From positions 230,574 to 250,573 of the forward strand of contig ML996706.1 in NCBI GenBank assembly GCA_010356995.1: DNA of 20,000 nt, in the 5' to 3' direction. Made by a program: the position numbers and the translations under genes. Numbering within the stretch: the first letter of the stretch is position 1; each line of letters begins with the position of its first letter. Positions 9,220-18,700 of the stretch are shown here, piece after piece. The notes beneath the pieces were generated by a model. The model was not told where the DNA came from and searched no databases. It was given only the letters and a program-made list of their open reading frames with translations. The stretch is from Trichodelitschia bisporula (taxonomy: Eukaryota).

Positions 9220-12037
9220 CTAATGGCTCTCCGCCATCAGCCGCGTCTTGTCCTCCCAGTACAGCTTCGACATGAAATCGTCATTAACAACCATCTTGTT
9301 CTTGGGGTCTAGCGTCGCTCCTTCATCTGACATCCACAGCCCCTTCACCTGCGACGTGCTGTCCGCCACCTCGCGCGCACTCACCCCGCCCTCATCGCGC
9401 GGCACCACGAGGCGCGGCGTGTCCGTCCACACCGAAGGGGGAAGGTACGCATCGCGGACAAGGCCCTCATCCACGTCATCCGACTCCGTAACGAGCGCAG
9501 GAACAAGGCGGCGCATCGTGGCGTAGTCGCAGTAGACATGGGGCTTGAGGAACTTGGCCACAATCCCAGGCTTCTTGCGCGGCGGCGGCTGGTCCTCAAG
9601 GGTTTCACCCGGCGCGTCGCTCTCCAACAGCGCGGAACGCTCCTCATCCTCCAGCGTCTTGGGCAGGTAACGTAGCAGTGGCGTGATGGCTGAGTTGAGC
9701 CCGACGTTGTACAGCGCCGTGAAGATAACAAGCAGGATCATCATCACAAACGGCCCGATGGTACCCTTCTTGTCCAGTCGCGTTGCGAACAGGCCCAGCA
9801 GGCAGATCTCGGCAATGTACATGCCGACAAAGAGCTGCTGCAGCGCGCGCGGGTACACGAGCCCCCGCGTGTCGACTCCCGTCGAGTAGACGTAGAGCAG
9901 GTTGTAGCGGTAGGCAAAGTAAAAGAGGTACAGACCAATGGCAGCGAAGATGAGCACCAGCGGCGCAATGCACGCGTAGCACATGGCGATAACCAGCAAA
10001 TTGGTGTACACGGGGTATACAGTACCCCAGCCTAGTCCGGAAAGCTGGTTCCACCGCATGAAGAGCTTGCGCGGCGTCGAGCCCAAGATCTTCGCGAGCA
10101 AGGGAGTGACGATCAGACCTGCAACTCCGACCAGCATACCCGCAAAGACACCGAGGCCCTGCAGGACAAAGTAGCTGAGATAGAAGTTGGAGGCCTTAGG
10201 AATCTGCTTCGAGAGCAACGACGTCACACTCGTCGGGTTTTTGATGATCTGCGAGACCGCCGACGAGGCGGCAGACGCAACTGTCGCAACCAAGAACACC
10301 TGGACGACTTGGAAGGCAAAGTAGTAGTTCTGCACCGTGTATTCAACGTCCGAGTGCGTGGGCGCGCCGCCTAGTCTCGCAGCAAGGCGCAAAATAATGG
10401 GTAGCAACGCCATCAGGACAGCCAGCAAAACAACTGGCAGGAGACCCGTGACCACACCCAAAATTGCAGTGGGGATTTTGTTGATGAAATCGAGCCAAGG
10501 CAGCTTGTCGGTGAGGTAGTTGATGTTTGAAATGGCGCCGACAAAGGCGACAGGAATGGACCAAAAGATGACGAGTCCTACGACGAAGGAAAGGGTCGCC
10601 ACCTTGCGCAGCATACGCTCCCAACCGCGGATGCGCAGATTCGACCAGATGACGTCGAGAGGGTGGACACCGGTGAAGCGCGGCGCCATGGTGATAATCT
10701 GGTGGTGGGTCAAGCTCTGGAAAGCAGCTTGCGCCTCGCGAATGTTGATAAACTCGACGAACACGGCACGCAGCTTCCTGGCTTCTCCCCTCCGGTGCTT
10801 ATCCTGCTCATGTTCGACTTCGGGAATCATTTTGTTAAGCTCCGCGCGCGACCATTCAATGGTGTCGACCTTCTTGCCGATTAGAAACTTCAGGCGGTGC
10901 GTCGGACGGTCCTTAGGGCGGACCCAGCGCGCGGCTCCTTCGTGGGCAGCTTCAATTTCCCCACTGTTTATTCCATCGGTAGCAGCTTCGGCATGAGACT
11001 TGGGATGTGCTGTGGTCGCCTCATCGTGTACAGCACCACCCTCAGCTTTAAGGCGCGCGGCATTGGCCAGCCGGATCAGCTTTGTCTCAGCACCCTCAAG
11101 GCCGTAGGCGATTTTGTTGCGCTCCTTCACCAAGTCATCAAGCTCTTTGGTGTCGGTTGGGAACCAGACGCGCTTCACGTGGCTTCCGAGCATTTCGCGA
11201 AGCTTAGCCTCGTTGAGGTATTCGTCCGGCACTGCGGTGAAGAGCACGGTGCGTGACGAAAGCTTCCGCGCGTAGTTGGGAGACATGAGATACGCCTGGC
11301 GCAGGTTGATGTAGAAGACACTCTCGCGGGTAATCATGATCATGACGAAGCCTAGCTGGTTAACAATGCACATGCGTAGAGAGTCTGGTGCATACCGAAA
11401 AACAGCCATGCGCACCCAGCATGCGCAAAGTACTTCCAAGGGTTCACAACATTGCCGAAATTGAGCTTGTCCAGCTGTTGGTTCCCTCCTCCGCCAGTGA
11501 TGTTGATGGGGAACAAAACGGGCCACGTGATGGCGCATCCAACGAGGCAAATGATAACAGAAATCCTGAGGAATCGCAGGAATAGATAGCCATCGAGGCT
11601 CTGGTGGTTCAAAACGAAGGTATCTGAGATGCTAAACAGCTGCGGAAGCCAATTGAACAGACCCGCCTTCAATGGTGGAGTGTAGTCCCTGCAGCAAGTC
11701 AGAGAATGCTCATGCGATGGAGATAGGTTTTCTCACGATTCCCTGAGCAGCTTGGACCGCGTCCTCGGTGCGTACTTCCACGACGCCTTAGGGCGGATGC
11801 AGATGAAGACAGCGAGCCAGATGATGGCGATAACGGCGACGGGGGTCAGCGTCGACAAAAGGCTCGACGCAGAATTGGACTTGGGCTGGTTGACAGCAGA
11901 GCCAATGTTGCTATCGTCTTTCTCATTCTGCTTGCGATTAGGACGAAGAGTCCGAAAGTGTGCGCCTGACGTACCACGCGCTTGATCAGCATCTTAGCCG
12001 CCCCATCGAGCATGACGCTCGGAGTAAGAAGGGTCAT
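9220..12037 (-). CDS. CSC1/OSCA/TMEM63 family (DUF221; RSN1/PHM7-like) stress-gated cation channel, 892 aa; exons 12037..11975, 11927..11737, 11688..11396, 11351..9220
   Basis: Family motifs YAPRT, SLDGYLFLRFL, SSRTVLFTAVP, RPTHRLKFLIGKKVDTIEW, DVIWSNL, YFAFQVVQVFLV and YRYNLLYVY, with many TM segments. Introns 11928..11974 (GTACGT..CTAAT..CAG), 11689..11736 (GTGAGA..CTGAC..CAG) and 11352..11395 (GTATGC..TTAAC..TAG) keep frame. Start 12037 (AAAATG) is preferred over 12013. Confidence 0.92.
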
Positions 12038-13764
12038 TTTGTTCACGGTTCAATGCGCCGAACAAGGGAGTTTGCGGCAGCAGAAGCGCGAGCAGGCAAT
12101 TGAGTCGCAGCCCGCAATCGATTGCGGGTGCTCTTGCGACGCGGCAATGTCTAGCACCGCCGGATATGTTCAAAGTATTCCAAGGGAAGGGGGGAGTGAA
12201 TTGAACTGGGTGGGAAGGTGTTGGGTAGCTAGAAGTTGGAGCGAGGGAGCAGGTTACTGTAGGATATCTGAGCTTTGGGGTTGGGCTTTGGGGTTGGGCG
12301 GGGGGCGTGTTTGTTTAGGGCGATCAAAGCGCGATCAGGGAGGGCCAGGGCCTTGGCCCGTCATTTGCACTGACCAAGCCATGCCGTGGGTGCGACTCAA
12401 AGCAGCCATCCCCCTAGGCGCAACGAATTCAATAGGCTACAACTTCGATCAATGACGCCACTGGAATCTGACGTTTGAGTCGATCGCTTTTATTTCTTGG
12501 AACCTTTGGTGAAGGGTAAGAAATACTTTATCCCATTCAGGTCGGATACGTACAGTTTTTCTCTATAACTTCACGTAGGCCCGAGCGCTCTTTCCACTCG
12601 CCCAGGTCGCGATGGAGTTCCTTTCTCTCCATTCTCCCGTTCTTCCTCTCTCTCTCTCACAGCAAACTAATTTCACTAGATGCTCCTACGGCGAGGGCCG
12701 TCGACTTTGACGCCCGCCGCTCCACACGCCTAGCCTGCTCCATGGACCGCGCCACTGCCAGTCCACTGGAGGCTGGAACTAGTTGCGGCAAGCCGCCAGC
12801 CAACTTACAGGTAATTGGTCGGCAAGCTGCGTGCCATCTCCTCCATTCTCTAGCCCCGCCATTTCTTGCCCAGAAACTAGCCCAAACATATCGCGGAGCA
12901 TCCTGCGATGTCCGCACTGCATCGACGAAGGAAAACCCTTCGCGTAACGCCAGACTGCGGCATTTTCCAAAATCATTGACAACAACTCATAGCCTTGATA
13001 CTCGATAAGGGCTACGGGCAGTGCAACAACAACTGCAAATTTGCACATGGATACATGTGCAAGCGTTGAGTGTTACCAAGCCTTTGTTCGCTTCAGCTTT
13101 GGGCAGGAGCCCAGGGGCCACCCGAAAAACTCATGGCCGCATCTCCGCGGTAACCTCTGCGAATTACTTGAGCAATGCCATTGGGGGGGCAGCCACGACT
13201 TTTCTAAGTGGCCTTTGGGCCGCGAGTCGAAATGGTTATGATCGGCTGAATGCAGTCAAGCCAGTGCCCTGAAAGAGCTAGCGTGCGGTCGTGGATCCAC
13301 AGATTGCGTCTGTGGCTTGTACACCAGTCCCGCAGGTTGTTGATCGTGGCCCATGAGGCGCAGCATCCTCTATCTCTTCGCATAGCCACACTTTGACGTT
13401 CGCCTTCTTTGTTGCAGCGTCAAAACCTCCACCAACCTCTATCTCCACGGCGTCTCCGAAGTCTAGACCGCGGACCTGGGCCTTCTTCGCATCTTCGACG
13501 CACCTCCAAACATACCATGACTTCAGCTTGAGGGGGGAGGTGCAGATTGGATGCGACCTTACTCGACCATCGACTATGCATTGTGGCACACCATCACATG
13601 AACCGTTGCAGTGCCTTCCCGCCGGATGCACAAGTCATTTGCGGATGACGGGCCAGTAACTGATTTTGCAGTACTATGGTGCAGCAGGTATCCAAACGGC
13701 TCTGCGCGCTCGACTCCCATCGCACCAGCCACCCATTGGTCGATCCTTGTCGCTTGGTTGCAAC

Positions 13765-15438
13765 TCACGCTCGCGGTGTAACCGCCTTCCATGGCTTCAG
13801 GGACTCGGCAAGTGGTTGAACAACTCCCGCATACACAGCCTCGCGAAATCTCTTGTCCAAGAGGTTTGGTCGAGGCTCAAATGCGCAGTCCAGACATCGC
13901 CTTACCACATCGTCAAGCTGAGCCCCGCATTCGCTAAGCACTCGCTTTGCCCAGGTTCGCGCCGTACATACATCTGTGTGATCATTGGGCTTATTGTCTG
14001 GCCCATAGTACCTGCCACGGAACTCGCAGGATTCGATGGTGTGGCCGAAGATCAGCTCGAGGGTGATGATACCGACGGCAAATAGCGCTGCCCGAGTGTC
14101 TTCTTCCGATGCTGTCACAGGCGGATCCGATTCTATCGTATCCACCCTTATGGAGGGGTATGTTTGGGGTAGATATGGGCAAACGCCAAAAGAACCCTCG
14201 GAATCTGTCTGGAAGAGGAAATCCTGTTTCGACCATTTCTGGGGAGCCCAAGGCGACATCTGGACCTGGAGAAGTGTGGATGCGATGTGGAAGGCCATCT
14301 CAAGTCGAAGATTTCTAGGTAAACGGATGTGATTCCACCTGTGCGCTTCGAGGAGCTGTGAGAGAGCCACCAGTTCTGACGAAGTTTGCGCTGCTGTTGA
14401 ATGTGGGTTGTGAGAGGTAAGGCGAAACCTTCTGTCATCCTCATCTGAGATAACTCCCGGCTCGAAATTTAGCTGTCGGCCTCTGCGCAGGTATGAACAA
14501 AGGTCTTCGATCACGTCAATGCCTCCATCACTGATGCTTTGAGCTGGGAGCGTAGGTGGGAGTTTTCCGGAAGAACGTCTAATTTCCGCCGTGGTCGTAG
14601 CGTGTTCTTTGACTGGACAGATGGCCACCTCCTGTCTAGCATCGTCCACTACAAATAGCACGTTAACCTCAACGACTTCCGGGTCCCCTCGCAACCCGAG
14701 ATTACTGCAGTGACCTCGACAACGTCCAAGTGAACATTTCCGGAACGCTAGGCGAAGGGCGTTGTGCAAGTTGCCTACATGCTGGCGGACTTTTTCAAAC
14801 AACTCCACTGGAGGCGAAGTCTGCCTTGATTCCTCGATGAGGTTAATGCGCCTGCTGCAACCAAGGGTCTGCTTGAGGGTGCGGTTGTGCGAGTCGAGTT
14901 TGTTGACTTTCTTGTACTTTCCTTTCGAAAAGCTAATCCGGATGCGCGTCAGATGCCATGCCCAAGAGCGCTCGCTTTGCGAATCAATCCAATCCACCTA
15001 AGAGGTAATATCAGCTGGCAGCCCTTCGCACACGTAGAGTTAGACACTCACCTTATTATCCTTGATCTGCAAAAGCTTTTTAAGTTCTTCTACCAGGTCG
15101 TGCATCTTCTGGATGATCCTCAGGACCCTCTCATGTTCGCCAGCCAGATGGCGCTCGAGATGAGTTGTAAGACTGCCATCCGACCAGCGGGCGTCATTTG
15201 GGTTCTTTACCAAGTCCGCGAGACAATCGTTGTCCTGAATGATGGGGTGTAGCATCTCCATCATGTTACTGTTGTACATCATTTCTTGATGTCGTATGCC
15301 GTCGGCGAACTCGATAAAACGTGTCCGGAAACGCCACCATTCTGACAGTGGCTCACAGCTTTTGCGATAGTAGTCGAGACAGTTGAGGATGATTGGGAAC
15401 GCTCCCAGGACGAGGCCGGCAACTTCAACTCCCGACAT
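13765..15438 (-). CDS. Fungal protein with a HeLo/HET-S-like N-terminal helical domain and a C-terminal degenerate kinase-like (DUF7580-like) domain, 539 aa; exons 15438..15052, 14997..13765
   Basis: It starts MSGVEVAGLVLGAFPIILNCLDYY, typical of fungal HeLo-like/STAND-associated N-termini. Phase-0 intron 14998..15051 (AAG|GTGAGT..CTGAT..TAG) joins two ORFs. C-terminal motifs are RLEMAFHIASTLLQVQMSPW..WSKQDFLF, LFAVGIITLELIFG, DVVRRCLDCAF and FREAVYAGVVQPL. The gene model is strong; domain names are from recall. Confidence 0.85.
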
Positions 15439-15783
15439 TGAGAAGCTGAGGACATGCAGGCAGAGTGGGGACAGCACGTTGGGTTTCGAGCCGTGATAAA
15501 GAATCCATGCTGACTCGGAGATTAGAAGCAGAGGCCAATAGGAATCGACCACGGAGGGGCAGCGTTCAGCCTCATTGTCGAGTACCGTGCGGGGTATCTC
15601 CATCCCCGCATTCATCACATCAGCACCTTGACACCGTTTCATTGGCCGACTCATTCCCATTCAAGATTCGGCGACTGGGACTTGGGTCCACCTCAGAAGC
15701 TAACCACCTCAGCCCTACCGTACTGTATCTCTCCCATCATTCATGACCTAGGACTCCTCATCTCTTGCGGGACGCAAGAATAC
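15439..15783. promoter_or_regulatory. Putative bidirectional promoter (345 nt between divergent ATGs)
   Basis: The two start codons, 15438 (-) and 15784 (+), diverge with 345 nt between them, the shortest intergenic gap in the window. Confidence 0.55.
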
Positions 15784-18700
15784 ATGTCCATTCAATCCTT
15801 CATGGAAGCCACAGGAGATGGTATTCCGGACTGGGCAGGAAAATGTCGTGAGGGTATCAGCGGCCTGCTCGCAGCCGTGATTAACCCTTCCTCGCCACGA
15901 TATCCAATCTTGGAGGTCGAGGCAGTCCAAACAATACAGGAGCGATATGATCACTGGACCGGATATCTAGACGCTCTCAAGGATGCCGTGGATCCCTCTT
16001 CGCTTGACTACCGTCTTCGCGACACTCCGACAGTGAAGAGTGCCATTCTTGACATCCTCCTTGACTTGCACAAGTCCCTAGAAGCCGGTAGGCCGCCCAG
16101 CACAGAGGCAGGCTAGAAACTGATGGGGCTAGCAAATGATATTGTCCTTGGCGAAAGGGAATGCAGGGTTTGGAGCGGTCCGGTCGTGACTGAGAATGAA
16201 GACCTTGACGAGTTCGACATTTCCTCTACCGAATCCGATACGTCCTCATTTCGCAGCCCAGGCCACGACGCGAACAGTTCAGCTCCCACTTCAGAGATCC
16301 AGGAGCTCATGTCAGCTATCAAAGTCAGTCTCGACAGCTTGTTCAAGATCACTCAGTTCATTCCCAATTCTACCTCCTGGGACCGACGCGCTCGAGCGGC
16401 GACGATAACGCCGTCCGACAGTACGGCAGATATCATTCTTGTTCAGGACCGTTTTCCTTCACTAGCAAAAGCCCATCCCGCGCTTGCCATTCGGATAGGT
16501 GAGGCAAACGCGAGGCGCCGACAATACTTCAGGTACCGTCGAAGTCATCATGAGCGTTTGTCGGCAGATGAGCATACCCAGGATCAGGTATGGGACTCTG
16601 CTCCTCTCGAGCCGGCCATGTCAACACTTTCCTCCGCTACATCCATAACTGAGGCTCCTAACGAAGAACTGGCATTTCCTCCGATACCTACAGACGCTGA
16701 ATCTGGTACCCGTTTTCTTTGTCCCTTCTGCTTTGAGTACCAAGAGCCCCAACTGGGGGATTTGCAGAAGGCTTGGAGGTAAAGGTTTTGGGCGCTCCGT
16801 ACGACGCTCGTAGAGCTAACTGAGTCTTAGAAAACACGTCCTTGACGATCTGGAGCCGTACATCTGTACATTTTCCCCGTGCACACTAGACACCTTCAAC
16901 TCGCGGCGCGCCTGGTTTGAGCATGAACTTTTGGCACATCGCCACCGGTGGCTTTGCCAACACTGCCTCACATACTTCACATCGCCCGACAACCTCGCAG
17001 TACACATATGCCTGGAACACCTTGACACGGTACAGGGCTCGCAAGTCCAAGCCATAGTCGAACAGTCCAAGCGAAGAATCGAATTCATCCAACCAGCCGA
17101 ATGTCCCTTTTGCGACGTCTCCTGGGCCGAAGCCGACCGGAACCGCAACGGGGACCCCAAGCCATCCATCGTTAGTTTGGACGAATTCGAGCGCCATGTG
17201 GGCCACCACATGCAGCAAATTGCCCTATTTGCCCTCCAAAGCCCAGCCCAGCATGTCCACTCGATGAGCCCTCAGCGGATTTCAGATCTAGACTCCATTG
17301 AGGTGCCTCTGACACAGCAACAAAAGGCCCATCCAGATGACCCCTTGAAACGTTCGGAAAATCCCACGAATGCTGTTGATCTCGACTCCAGCCCCATACC
17401 TAGAGAGGAGATTGGGCAAGCTGCTGATATGGATGTCTGGCCAGACCGGGACGACGAGGTTGAACCCCTCGGCTTCGGTGAGCCTCATTCTTGGCATTCT
17501 GCCCCGCTGTTGAGCTCAGCTCGAAGCCCCAAAGCCTCGCCTTTAACCTCCAGTTCCACTCCTGCATTTTCAAAAGTCCGCAATTTCTCGACTAGCATCA
17601 TTATTCCCGAGATGCCAGCTGCAAAGCGGATCCGGACACGGGGCCGCTTCCGTGCCTCTTCCAGTCTTTCACGACCCTCCTCACCTGATGCTGGTGAGAC
17701 CACCACGCCTGCCCCCACGAGCAGTGTCGGCCAGACCTCGGATTGGATGCTGAAAGAGAGCCTGACTCAGTCCAACACCAGACGCCAACTGAAGCGCGAG
17801 GAATATACAATAGGATGGATATGCGCCCTTTCGATCGAACTCGCGGCAGCCAAACAGATGCTAGACGAAGTGCATCAGAATCTCCCTTCAAATGAGGCCG
17901 ATTCCAACACCTATGAGCTCGGCCGCATCGGTGAACACAATGTCGTGATTGCGTGCCTACCCGTAGGCCAAATGGGAACGACTCCAGCAGCCTCAGTTGT
18001 TGCCCGAATGCAATCAACCTTCAGCTCGATTCGGTTCGGCCTGATGGTGGGCATTGGAGGTGGTGTGCCGAGCAGCAAAAATGATATTCGGCTGGGGGAT
18101 GTTGTTGTGAGCCAACCATCCAATGGGCATGGCGGAGTAATTCAGTACGACTTTGGGAAAACAACACCAGACAAGTTTGAGCGGACTGGCTTCCTGAATT
18201 CACCTCCCATCGTCTTGCTGAATGCAGTAGCGAATATGAGGGCCAATTACGATCTGGGAGGGAAGATCTTGTGTCACCCTACGCAACTGTCCCGTCAACC
18301 TTTATTTGCACGGGAGAATGCCGGACCGGATGTTTTATACCGCGCTGACTACAACCACGAGCAACCCGGTACTAGTGATTGTAGTGAATGCAAGACGGAC
18401 TTTATCAAACGGCGACAGCCACGTGGTAATGATTTTGTCATTCATTACGGCACCATAGCATCCGGAAACCAAGTTGTGCGAGATGCCACGACAAGGGACA
18501 GACTCAGCAAGGATTTTGGAGGCGTTCTTTGCTTTGAGATGGAGGCGGCGGGGCTTATGAACCATTTCCCCTGCCTTGTTGTGCGGGGCATCTGCGACTA
18601 TGCCGACTCGCATAAGAACAAGAGCTGGCAACCGTATGCGGCAGTGACGGCAGCTGCATATGCGAAAGAGATCCTGTTGTCGATACCGGCAGCCGAAGTC

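Noticed and set aside
11352..11550. N-terminus of ORF-track protein 9220..11550
   Set aside because: Out-of-frame read of exon 3 plus intron 3; the family sequence continues upstream through splicing.
13419..13601. Plus-strand frame VKTSTNLYLHGVSEV*TADLGLLRIF..GGADWMRP vaguely like kinase subdomains VIb-VIII
   Set aside because: Several stops, no HRD or APE motif, and it is the antisense of a more coding-like minus frame; probably coincidence.
15439..15783. ORF-track upstream extensions of 15040..15660 (-) and 15628..16116 (+)
   Set aside because: They overlap each other and precede the family-typical starts at 15438 and 15784; treated as promoter/UTR.
13765..16100. Amyloid signalling motif (HRAM, PP, sigma) linking the NLR and its neighbour
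   Set aside because: No N/Q/G-rich pseudo-repeat is visible at the NLR N-terminus or the partner C-terminus.
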